A DNA stretch of 64,000 bases from the human T2T-CHM13v2.0 reference genome, Homo sapiens. The notes below the pieces were generated by a model, which worked only from the letters and a program-made list of their open reading frames with translations, was not told where the DNA came from and searched no databases. Shown piece by piece: positions 1 to 10,679 of the stretch (positions are counted from its first letter, which is position 1; each line of letters starts with the position of its first letter). The translations under genes and the position numbers were made by a program. The DNA lies in assembly GCF_009914755.1 (NCBI RefSeq), contig NC_060933.1; one strand, 5' to 3'.

Positions 1-543
1 CAGACAATTGTCTAACAGGAAGAGGATCATAAAATCCTAAGATTGGCTAATCAACCTCCCTGTTCTACAGATGAAGAAACTCACACTCCCAGGACAAGTG
101 ACCTCTCAGGACCACACAGAAAGAGAGTTGATGTAATAATTGTAGTAAGTGTTAGAACTAGCCAACTCTGATTATGGGCTGACTCATTTCATAACACCTT
201 ATATAAATTATGCCTTTTAAATCTAGAAATTGGGTTCTGCTGTCATTATTCAAAATTTTAAAATGACAAAACTGAAGCCAAGTGAGATGAAATAATTTTC
301 CTAATTTTCTGAACTCAGAAGTGGCCGAGCTGAGCGTTCCACCCAGGCAGCCTCGGCACTTTCAGCTTAGGGACCCAGCCATGTATTCAGTGCACCAGCA
401 CGCAAAGCCTGCCATTCCTGAAGGCTGTTTTTGAAAATGTGCAGGTTACTTCCTTGAGACCCACATTTGGCAGACCTGACCCTTCTCACCATAGTGTAAT
501 CAATGTTCAGCCCCCTTCTCCAATTTAAAGTGACAATTAGTAG

Positions 544-1968
544 GCTCTGTGAAGAATGAGGCATTTTCAGATGTTTTTGGAGAGAGGGGTCGTGATGCAC
601 TTATCTGGAGATTACTTGTCTAGGAAACTAACTACTGAAGTGTATGCAAATGAAACTGTTGCAGACACAACAAAACAGTATACAGTCAACAGCTAGACTA
701 TACTCAGCAAAGCACAATAAAAATCCAGTACACTTAGATTTGCCTAAACTTTAAATGAGTTTTCTTTGAATACCTAGTATTTATCCAAGGGAATTGTTTT
801 TAAACTTAAATGTGTATACGTATCTTGTGTTTGTGTGCACACACACACAAACACCCCCCCACACACACATATTCCATGTTCCATAGTATAGTATAGGAAA
901 CAAGGGAACACATCAGCTTTTGCCATCTTCATGACAAGCCAGGAATTAAAACTAAGTAAATTAAATACTAATGAAATATAATCCTTTAATTTCTAAGCAA
1001 ACATTACTTTGACTTTAATTTAATCAACAAGATTATTTAACGTTCATTGAAAAATCCATATTCCTGCGTTTATACTCATGAAGCTTAACCAATTACAGAA
1101 GAATACAATACAAATAGTTTCTAAATGGACATAGAATTTAAATTCAGATTTTAATGAACTAACTTCTGGACATTGTAGAGTACATAATGTAGTCAGAATT
1201 TTGCAAACGTTGGAGTGTATACTTAGTAATGGAGTTGATTAATAAATGTAAATGCAGTAAGATTGAGAATGGAATAGATTAAAACTTTATTTTATTCTTC
1301 TTGCCAGCTCTGTGGCTACATGGGTGTGAACCAGAACGAGGCAGAAGGGATCTATTTTTCTATTTAGTGCCAATGAGCCCCCATGGATCTATGCAGGGGC
1401 AGGGTGCTTTGTGCAGATGAAGGTAAAATCCCTCCCTGAGAGCAGGTCTGTGCTCAGGGGTGTTGGCTTCTCCATTCACAAGCGTCAGGTGGAGCTTGGG
1501 TGGAAACCACCTTGATTCTTCAGGGCAGCTGCTCTGGTTTGTTCCAGTTTTAGAGTTAGATTGTTTCCTTTAAGAGCCCTCTACCTCACAGTAACAGACT
1601 CTGGTATGGATTTGCATTAGTTGTTTATTTTGTTTTGTTTTTGCCCAAGTAAGAAATTGCACATTTTTCCTTGCACTCTAAAGTCAAAAAGCCGAAGTGG
1701 GAATCATTATAAATGCAACATCTGAGTTTCTGTTATAGCTCCTTGTTCTTGGAAATGTTTCATTTGCATCAAGGTCGTGCCAGACATGGTAATGAAGGCC
1801 CTGAACAGAGGGAGAACCATCAGGGACTGCTGTGTGAGCAAAGCGTGGACTTTCATCCTGAAAAATGAGTGCATCCGTAACAACATCCTCAAACATAGAC
1901 GGCTCTGATTAGCGCTCCAGGAGCCCTCTCTCTAAAAACATCTGAAAATGCCTCCTTCTTCCCGGGGC
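544..1968. repeat. Non-Alu inverted repeat, arms 551-591 and 1921-1961, with nested 13-bp match 644-656/1757-1769
   Basis: GAAGAATGAGGCATTTTCAGATGTTTTTGGAGAGAGGGGTC matches the reverse complement of 1921-1961 (GAAGAAGGAGGCATTTTCAGATGTTTTTAGAGAGAGGGCTC) at 38/41 by hand. ATGCAAATGAAAC pairs with GTTTCATTTGCAT. Confidence 0.9.
838..869. repeat. Imperfect (CA)n microsatellite
   Basis: cacacacacacaaacaccccccc acacacaca. Confidence 0.8.
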
Positions 1969-4088
1969 TCACACGAATGGGGTAAGTCTCACGAAGGAGG
2001 GGCCTTGGTGCTCAGGAGGTGAAGCGTGCGCCGTTCTCCAGGTGTGCACGTGGGTCCGAGGAATCAGGAGCTCAGGCCGCACAGCCCCGCTGCTGCCGAT
2101 CACTGCTCACAGCCCCTGAGCCCTGCTCAGAGGCAGCAGCATTTCCTACAAGGGGCAAGGTGCGGCAGTCACCAGGACACCCTGGCTCTTATTTGCAACA
2201 GCTGCTGCATTACCTAATAGCCACCCATGGCTTCACGAGGAGGGATGCTCACAGCCCCCTGCAGAGCAGCCGCCTTGTTCCAGCGCCACAGGGAAGCGTC
2301 TGCCTTGACTTCCACCCACGCAGTGTCCGCTTCCACACAATCACCCTGAACGGCAAAGGCTAAACACTTTGGTAATCCAAAACAGTAAACCCCAATTGTG
2401 CTACTCATAGTCCAATTTCTAAACTTTTACACTACAGCTGTTGAAAAATTCTAATGTTTATTTCACTGCCAGAATCAGCAGGGTAATGGATGTTTCAGCA
2501 ATAAACATCATGAGCAACACATGAAATCTAATTAGCATCATTCCAATTTGCAACAGTTAAATAAATTATTACTCTGGGCTTTCTCCCCCCTAGATACCAA
2601 TGCTTAGATTCCTGTAAAAATGTCAACTCTAGAAAAATCCTCTTTCCACTTCCAATTTTTTCTAATTCAATCTGTTTTCTAGTATTTCTTTAGAAACAAA
2701 CTAATGAAATTCTCTATCACCCAGCTGTATTTACAACAGAGTAAGCTTTGTGACACCCTATACATGGAGTTTGCACAGCAGCAGTATCCATGGGAAAAAA
2801 TAGTGGGACTGTGTCCCAGTGATCACAGACGAAGGATGCCAGGACACTCTGTCAAAGGAAACTCAGACCTCCACATAGGATGCTTGACTCAGGTCCCAGG
2901 TACTATCACCATGACTGTCCCCCACAATTTTCCCAGGAGGGAGGCACGAGTAGGAGAGAACAGCCCCTGTGATGTCAGGGCCAACCTGTCTCCAGCCTCC
3001 GTTCTGCTAAGTGACTCTAGAAGTTCCTCTCCCATCTCTGGCCCAACTGACCATGTGTCGGATGTCTGGGAAAAGGGAACACAGACTTGATGATGATTCC
3101 TGGTTCCGAGCTCATGTCACTGTGCTCCCAGGCTGTTGACACAAGCAGGAGCCCTGGGTTTCTTGGATTCTAGCACATAGTTAATAACACAAACCCTGAC
3201 AGCCTAGGTTTGAGCTGGGGTTGGTTAGGGGTGGGCGGTGGTAGGGGAATAACTTGGGAAAGTTATTTAACCTGCCTGGGTCTAAATTTCCTTGTCGCAA
3301 AGTAGGGAAAATAGTTGTATTTACATGGCACGTCTGTGATGTGAATTAAATGTCTGGCACCTAGAACAGTGCCTGGCCCCCAGGATTTGGTGTGTAAAGA
3401 GTCCAGGTATTGGTACGAGTCCATGTCAACTGTCTTCCCTGATCCCCAAACCCAGCTGCACCCATTAGTAACTAAAATGAGGCGGGCAAAGGGGATGAGT
3501 GGTGAGTGGCAATGATTGCTAAAGATAGGTCCAGAGACTATATTTCTTAAGACATTCTGGGTCAGGAATAATTACATATAATCCAGCCAATAATTCCAAA
3601 TCTATGTATTTATTTAATAAGCTTTTATTTAGGGCACGAAGGTGTCAAATTTTGTCCCAGGCACTTTACATATATTTAATCATTTAGTCTCCTCACAACC
3701 CATGAGAAATAACCATACTGTACTATCATTATCTACAAAGAAACATGAAGTAAGACCCTAGAGAGAGCCTCCAGCAAAAGGACATCTGTGGTCATCATAC
3801 ATTTTTCAAAAAAAGTTCAATGACAAAAAACCAGTTTTATAAAGTGTATGTTGAACTGTGATAAACTAGCAGTGCATTTAAGAGTGAAACACTGGCGTTA
3901 AAAATGAAAGCATCCTTGGAAAACAATCCAGCCCACCTTTTTGTCTCTGTTTTGGTACAATTGTGTTTTTTGTAAACTTCACAGCAAACAACAATATTTT
4001 TACCTTTGCATCCTTCTGTCCTCCCTGAAAGCTAACTCTCTAGAGGGAGAGAAAACAATATGGGGTTTGATGCAAGGCAGTGCCTAGC
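1270..4088 (-). ncRNA. Candidate spliced minus-strand transcript, probably lncRNA; exons ~4088(or 4039)-4004, 3065-?, 2345-2214, 1857-~1270
   Basis: Four polypyrimidine+AG acceptors on the minus strand: ttttctctccctctag|4039, tctgtgttcccttttcccag|3065, cctttgccgttcag|2345, ctcatttttcag|1857. Donors: AAG|gtaaaa (4004) and TAG|gtaatg (2214). Minus-strand AATAAA at 1624-1629, 1291-1296 and 1286-1291. No long ORF across the exons. Inferred from sequence only. Confidence 0.4.
3250..3380. mobile_element. MIR SINE fragment
   Basis: Core-like ttgggaaagttatttaacct...aaatttcct...gtgaattaaatg. Confidence 0.55.
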
Positions 4089-4145
4089 GCCAGGGCAGAG
4101 GGATGCACGTGCCTTATAGGAGCCCTTAGGGGCAGCGGGCGGGGC
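4085..4145 (-). promoter_or_regulatory. Candidate Pol II core promoter on the minus strand (TATA-like box, GC box, E-box)
   Basis: Minus strand reads CCCCGCCC (4144-4137), then CCTATAAGG (TATAAG at 4118-4113), then CACGTG (4106-4111), inside a GC/CpG-enriched patch (~4075-4290). Spacing predicts a TSS near 4085-4090. A donor AAG|GTAAAA follows at 4004/4003. Confidence 0.5.
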
Positions 4146-5135
4146 AGCAGCACAGACGCATACTTGGCGCTGTTCGGAAGGAGGGATGTTCCAGGTGCTG
4201 GGCGAAGCAGAGGAGGCGCAGCCGTGGGGCAGGGCACAGTGAGGCTGGGCATGTGGTGGCCCATGGGCACCTTGGTAAACCTGCTTGGGGGCTTCTGAGC
4301 CTCCACTTGTTGAAAAACAGAAGAAAGCCAAGGGTTAAGCCAGTAGAGGAAGGAACCACAAAGGTGTTTTTGCATGGTTAAAACAAGGAGATGGTCGAAG
4401 TATGATTTCATGGATCTGTGGTTTATCCACATGCAAAGAGAATTTTTTTCTTAGGTTCAGAACACTAAAAGAAGATAACATTGTGAACAAATCTCCCAGG
4501 GAATCCACTCGAGAGATGAGGCACACTGACCACAGATGAGTGAGGTCCTCAATTATTAAAGTCTAGTTGCTCCATTAGGATGAAAGTCTCTGTGGGAAGT
4601 AACTTCTAATTAAAGCTGGAGGTGTTCCTTTATACTAGCAGTTCTTGAGGGAAACTGGGTTGGCCATCACAGTGGAGACTAGAGAAGGCTGGGGTGGTCC
4701 CTGGATACTAGAGGGAAGTTGGGGAGAAGTGGTGGACAGTGCAGCCCTGTCACAGCACAAGCTCCTGGTCATTGGAGAATGGCTGACAGAGGAAACCCTG
4801 CCATGACCTAAGCTCTTAAAGTGTCTGTCAAACTCTTAGGTTTATTAGACTTGAAGTCCAGTAGTCAAGCTCAGTAACTCATACCGGGTCTGATAAGCTG
4901 TGATGTCACATTCCCGAGGGGAGGAGAAGTAGCTCCAAGTTCTCATGTATGGGGTCTGATAAGACACCTTGTTCTCCAAGGGAGGGGAAAATACACTCCC
5001 AGTCCTTACTAAAGCAAGGCATATGTTGTCCAAAGGACCACCAGAATGGCTTGAGAGTAGAAAAAAGAGTTTTATCAGCAATATCAGTTTGCAAACCAGG
5101 GAGAGATCATCTCTGGTGAGAACCAACAGAGCTCT

Positions 5136-5839
5136 TGAGAGGTGAAGCCAGCTGGACTTCCTGGGTTGCGTGGGGACTTGGAGAACTTTTCTGTCTTACA
5201 AGAGGATTGTAAAACGCACCAATCAGTGCTCTGTAGCTAGGATTGTAAAACGCACCAATCAGCGCTCTGTGGCTAGCTAGAGGTGTCTAAAATGGACCAA
5301 TCAGCACACTGTAAAATGGACCAATCTGTGCTCTGTAAAATGGACCAATCAGTGCTCTGTAAAATGGGCCAATCAACAGGACATGGGCGGGGACAAATAA
5401 GAGAATAAAAGCTGGTCACCCTAGCCAGCAGTGGCAACCTGATTAGGTCCCCATCCACACTGTGGAAGCTTTGGTCTTTCGCTTTTCACAGTAAATCTTG
5501 CTGCTGCTCATTCTTTGGGTCCGTGCCATCTTTAAGAGCTGTAACACTAGGCTGGGCACAGTGGCTCATGCCTGTAATCCCACCACTTTGGGAGGCGGAG
5601 GCAGGCGGATCACGACGTCAGGAGATTGAGACCATCCTGGCTAACACTGTGAAACCCCATCTCTACCAAAAATACAAAAAATTAGCCAGATGTGGTGGTG
5701 GGCACCTGTAGTCCCAGCTACTTGGGAGGCTGAGCAGGAGAATGGTGTGAACCTGGGAGGTAGAGCTTGCAGTGAGCCGAGATCACGCCAGATCACGCCA
5801 CTGCACTCCAGCTTGGGCAACAGAGCAAGACTCCATCTC

Positions 5840-5870
<31 letters not shown>

Positions 5871-5953
5871 AACACTCACCAGGAAGGTCCGCATCTTCAT
5901 TCTTGAAGTCAGCGAAATGACGAACCCACCAGAAGGAACCAACTCCGGACACA
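5136..5953 (+). promoter_or_regulatory. LTR12-family 5' LTR (LTR12F-like) with tandem CCAAT (NF-Y) repeats, GC box and AATAAA TATA-analogue
   Basis: CCAAT at 5219, 5255, 5297, 5321, 5345 and 5369 in 24-40 bp repeats (TGTAAAATGGACCAATCAGTGCTC). GGGCGGGG at 5385-5392, AATAAAA at 5404. Interrupted by an Alu. Confidence 0.85.
5550..5868 (+). mobile_element. Alu (Y/Sc-like) inserted in the LTR12 U5 region
   Basis: Full dimer with ~29-nt poly(A). Flanks share TAACACT. 10-bp tandem duplication AGATCACGCC at 5780-5799. Confidence 0.95.
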
Positions 5954-5956
5954 TCT

Positions 5957-5974
5957 TGGAGACCACGAAGGGAC
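5957..5974 (+). other. Retroviral primer-binding site (tRNA-Arg), followed by a splice donor at 5987
   Basis: TGGAGACCACGAAGGGAC, one mismatch from the complement of a tRNA-Arg 3' end (TGGCGACCACGAAGGGAC), just after the LTR-terminal CA. GTG|GTGAGT at 5984-5992. Confidence 0.8.
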
Positions 5975-7468
5975 TATCGCCAAGTGGTGAGTACCACTGG
6001 AACCCTTTTGCTTGCTATTCTGTCCTATGTTTCCTTACAATTTGGGGGCTAAACACCAGGCACCTGTTGGCCAGTTAAAAGCGACTAGCACAGCCACCAG
6101 ACTAAAGACACAGGTGTCAGGCTTTCTGGGAAAGGGCTCTCTAACAATCTCTGACTCTTCAGAGCTGGGAGCATTGGTTTGCCTGGAACCAGCTTCCGCT
6201 TTCCCTGTACTTCTGGGCTGAGCTGAGGGTCGATAGAGAGGAAAGCCATTCAGCTCCGGGGTCCCAACAAAAAGTTGGCTGACCCTGCAGCCATGAGCGG
6301 AACTCTCAAAGGCATGTCGCCCAAGCAAGACTCACCCATCTACCCTATCTATCCTGACCCTTGTCTCCTGGGTCCTAACGCCTGTCAGACAAACTTCCTC
6401 CTGTCTCTCTTCTCCGAGGCTAGTCCTGCTTCTAAAAACCACTCCCTGTCTCTGGTGCTTTTCTAGATTCTCCTATAAGAATGATTTCTAGTATAAATTT
6501 TGGGACTCTGTTCCTTTCTTTAGGCACCCAGGCTCACCAATCAGAAAGATATAATCTTTGCCCAAAGTCTTGTTGTGGGGTGGGGGACTATCTGGGATTT
6601 TAGGATCCCTCCTCAGACTAGCAGACCTAACAAAGGTGATTCCCGAAGCTAGGATATGGGTAGCCTCAGAAATTATATCCTTCCTATTCATATGATAAGT
6701 GAGGACAAAATGTGTTACTCTTCCAACCTGGGAGATTCCTTCCCTCCTTCAGGGTATAGCCCTCCACTCTGTTTTGGGGGCATATCATCTTTATAGGACA
6801 GGGGTAAAGTCCCAATACTAACAGGAGAAAACTCTTAGGACTCTAACAGGTTTTCGAGAATGCATCGGTAAGGGCCACTAAATCTGACATTTCTCGGTCC
6901 TCTTTGTGGTATAGGAGGAAAACTAGTGTTTCTGCTGCTGCTTCGGTGAGCGCAACTATTCTGGTCAGCAGGGTCCAGGGACCGTTTTGGGTTACGGGGC
7001 AGGGCTTTCGCTCTTCACAATAAATCTTGCAGCTGCTCACTCTTTGGGTCCATGCCACCTTTAATAGCTGTAAAACTCACCGTGAAGGTCCATGGCTTCA
7101 TTCTTGAAGTCAGCGAGACCACAAACCCACTGGAAGGAACCAACCCTGAACACACTCTCTCTGAAGAACGAAGAGAAGGTTAGAGGTTTTATAAAAAGGA
7201 GAAATGTTATGTATTCCTCTTTGAGTAAGTTCATTGGCACTAGGAAGGGTTTGGGGAGCTGGCAAGCTCTGAATAATGAGCAAAGGTGGTGCGAAAAAGT
7301 AGTCACAGAATTGTAGCAAGTTATCTCAGAAGCTATGGATAAAACTGGTCTCAAAAGCAGTTCCAGTAGTCAGGCTTTCAGAGATTACATTCTTGGAGCA
7401 ACATTTTGTAACATGAGTGCTTTATCTCCTGGCTTCTCAACTCTGTTTTAGTTGGATGTGATAAGAAT

Positions 7469-7940
7469 CACATGCACATGTATATTTATTGCAGCACTAT
7501 TTACAATAGCAAAGACTTGGAACCAACCCAAATGCCCATCAATGATAGACTGGATAAAGAAAATGTGGCACAAATACACCATGGAATACTATGCAGCCAT
7601 AAAAAAATGGGTTCATGTGCTTTGCAGGGACATGGATGAAGCTGGAAGCCATCATTCTCAGCAAACTAACAGAGGAACAGAAAACCATGCTCTCACTCAT
7701 AAGTGGGAGTTGAACAATGAGAACACATGGACACAGGGAGGGGAACATCACACACCAGGGCCTGTCCGGGGGTAAGGGAAAAAGGGAGGGAGAGCATTAG
7801 GACAAATACCTAATGCATGCAGGGCTTAAAACCTAGATGATGTGTTGGTAGGCGCAGCAAACCACCATGGGACATATAAGAAACCTGCACATTCTGCACA
7901 TGTATACCAGAAGTTAAAGTAAAATTTAAAAAAGAAAAAG
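7469..7940 (+). mobile_element. L1PA 3' end (5'-truncated)
   Basis: ORF2 C-terminal peptide FIAALFTIAKTWNQPKCPSMIDWIKKMW, then L1 3' UTR and an A-rich tail. Confidence 0.95.
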
Positions 7941-8209
7941 CTAGAAACTGATCTCAGGGCATCTAGAAACAAACAGACAAAAAAAGAATAACCCAATTTG
8001 TACAATCAACCTTCACACATGTATCATTCAGGTAGCAAACTATGTAAATGTTTGGAGTAATTTCATAGCTGCATAACCAAAGTAGAGCAGGAGGGCCCAG
8101 AAGGGCAGAAGACAGGAACAGGCAGGGACATGCCCAGGCAAAGCCCTGTGGCAGCTTAACAAGAGTTGGGGAACTGAATCCATGTGTGATACGCCTCAAG
8201 GAGAAACAC

Positions 8210-8721
<512 letters not shown>

Positions 8722-8744
8722 AAAATCTTCTTTATTAAAGTAGC

Positions 8745-9130
8745 TGTGTTAGTCTGTTGGGCCGCCTTAACAAACTACCAGAGACTGAGTGACTTAAACA
8801 TCAGGAATTTATTCTCACATGATTCTGGAGGCCAGAAGTCTGAGACCATGATTTCAGCAAGGATGGTTTCTCCTGAGGCCTCTCTCCTTGGCTGGCAGGT
8901 GCCGTCTTCTCCCTGTGTCTTCACACGGGCTTCCCTCTCGGCATGTCTGTATCCTAATCTTTTCTTAGTAGGACACCAGTCCAGTTGGATTAAGGCTCAC
9001 CAGATGACCTCATTTTAACTTAATTACCACTTCAAAGACCTTATCACCAAATATAGTCATAGTCTAGGGTACTGCAGGTAAGGGTTTCAACAAATGAATT
9101 TTGGGGTAGGAAAAAACTCATCCCATAATA
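8745..9130 (-). mobile_element. MaLR LTR (MLT1A-like)
   Basis: tgtgttagtc...aacaaactaccagagactgagtgacttaaac...ttctggaggccagaagtc...cccataata. Confidence 0.8.
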
Positions 9131-9539
9131 GTGAGATAATTTTATTTGTAAAAAGGTAGTTATAGGTCAAGAAATGCACCTGGAAGTTAAACTTTTCTTT
9201 GGAAATAAGAACCCATTAAGAACCCAATTAGGCCCATACAGGCTAATTGCCTGATAAAGATCCACAAAATTATTGTCTAAATAAATGCCTTCACACTTCT
9301 CCAATGCTTTACCACAAAAACTCAACATTTTGTGAATTTGGAGTGATTGGGTTCACAGCAAACTTTCCAGCTATATGTGAATTTTTTTGTTACTGATGCC
9401 TTATTTAGTAGATTGACCCAGCAGGACTTAATCATTGTTTAAAATGCTTTTTAAAAAAGTGATCAAAATGTATGTCATGGTGTTATAGGCGGTCGGGGGA
9501 ACGCCATCATTATGCTGTTCCCAAGCTTGTGTCTTTTTA

Positions 9540-9762
9540 AAATTATTATTATTTCAATAGCTTTAGGGGTACAAATGGGTTTTGGCTGCATGGATGAATG
9601 GTATAGTGGGTGAAGTCTGAGATTTTAGTGCCCTGGGCACCTGAGTAGTGTTAATTATACCCAATATGTAGTTTTTAAAATCCCACATCCCTCTCCCACC
9701 CTTCCTGCTTCTGAGTCTCCAATGTCCATCATAACACTTTATGCCTTTGTCTACCCATAGCC
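9540..9762 (-). mobile_element. L1PB-type 3' end fragment
   Basis: tttcaatagctttaggggtacaa...ggatgaatggtatagtgg...gagtctccaatgtccatc. Confidence 0.7.
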
Positions 9763-10679
9763 AAGCCTGCAGCTTAAAGGAGTTTCCATGAGATAGGAAA
9801 ACAGCATGTTCTGATTATTTCTCAAACTCCAAGACAGAGGTACAGATGTGGTAACCTGGATCTGGAGAAAAAATTCCATTAGTTTTGTTCCAGTGGTTTC
9901 TGTCCTCTATGCCAGTTGAAATCTAAGAAAAAACAGTTATTCCATCCTAATGAGTTAAGAATGCTTATTAGAAAATGTATTAATGAGCATGGAATTTAGT
10001 AAATATTTGGGGTTTGAAAATGATCTTATATATAATGACATTTAAAAGACTTTCCTACCAAAAATAAATCACATGGATGTACTAAGTAATCTGGAATGAA
10101 AGTAACACATATTATTTTTCATTTCAATAGATTCGGGTTAACATTTTGGTCACATTTTTCTCTAATTAGCATTTGAGTGTTAATGTGAGCTTTCCATAAA
10201 TAGGTGCAAGTTACTTTAACTTTTCCATTGGTTCCCCATGAGAGATCATTGTTGTTCTTATATATGGATCTATTGAGCCCTATACTGTATGTGACACTAA
10301 AGCCCTGGGTCTCAGACTTCCTGCTCACGTTAAATATTTACTCTTCTTAGTAAGAGGAGTAAACAAAAATCACAGATGAAAAGCACTTTGAAGGACTCAG
10401 AAGATGTTAGAGCAAACTTTCTTTCCCTGTCCTCCTGTTTTCCATGTGGACGCTTCCCTAGTGTAATACTGGCCATCCCTTTCCCTCCAATAGGAGTGAA
10501 TTCTCTGATTAATCAGTAACAAGGATCTGGCATCCATCTGTTGACATACCTTGACTCAGTGCAGTTAAGGATTTATGAATGAAACACCTCATACATGTTT
10601 AGTCACCCTCCCTGTTAGCCAGCAAGCAAGGCAGCATCCTCTCTCGAAGCTGGCTGCCTTCAGAGGGTCTGTTCTGTAA

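Larger units (their letters stand above)
5136..7154 (+). mobile_element. Internally deleted HERV9 (ERV1) provirus: 5' LTR12, leader, 3' LTR R-U5 remnant
   Basis: Starts TGAGAGGTGAAGCCAGCTGGACTTCCTGGG and ends GAACACA. 4-bp TSD CTCT at 5132-5135 and 7155-7158. Sequence 7005-7154 repeats the 3' part of the first LTR. No gag/pol/env ORFs. Confidence 0.9.
5050..7468 (-). mobile_element. Older ERV1-type LTR (MER34/MER39-group-like) split by the HERV9 insertion (pieces ~5050-5135 and 7155-7468)
   Basis: LTR-like sequence reads continuously across the CTCT TSD. Family assigned from memory. Confidence 0.45.

Noticed and set aside
571-582. ATGTTTTTGGAG as the Sm site of an snRNA copy
   Set aside because: The flanking sequence does not resemble any spliceosomal snRNA I know.
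1684-1896. 70-aa minus-strand ORF (…DESPRFAHTAVPDG…IPTSAF) as the last coding exon of a known gene
   Set aside because: I recognise no protein family. The upstream candidate exon 2345-2214 ends in an in-frame stop in that phase, and no coherent long CDS can be built.
4112-4120. CCTTATAGG as a CArG/SRF box
   Set aside because: Only five A/T bases between CC and GG; better read as a TATA-like element on the minus strand.
5205-5380. Tandem 24-40-bp repeats resembling a CRISPR-like array
   Set aside because: No unique spacers; these are the known CCAAT enhancer repeats of the LTR12 U3 region in eukaryotic DNA.
1-7200. Assigning a named gene or lncRNA symbol to the left-hand unit
   Set aside because: No sequence match I could verify from memory; it needs BLAT.
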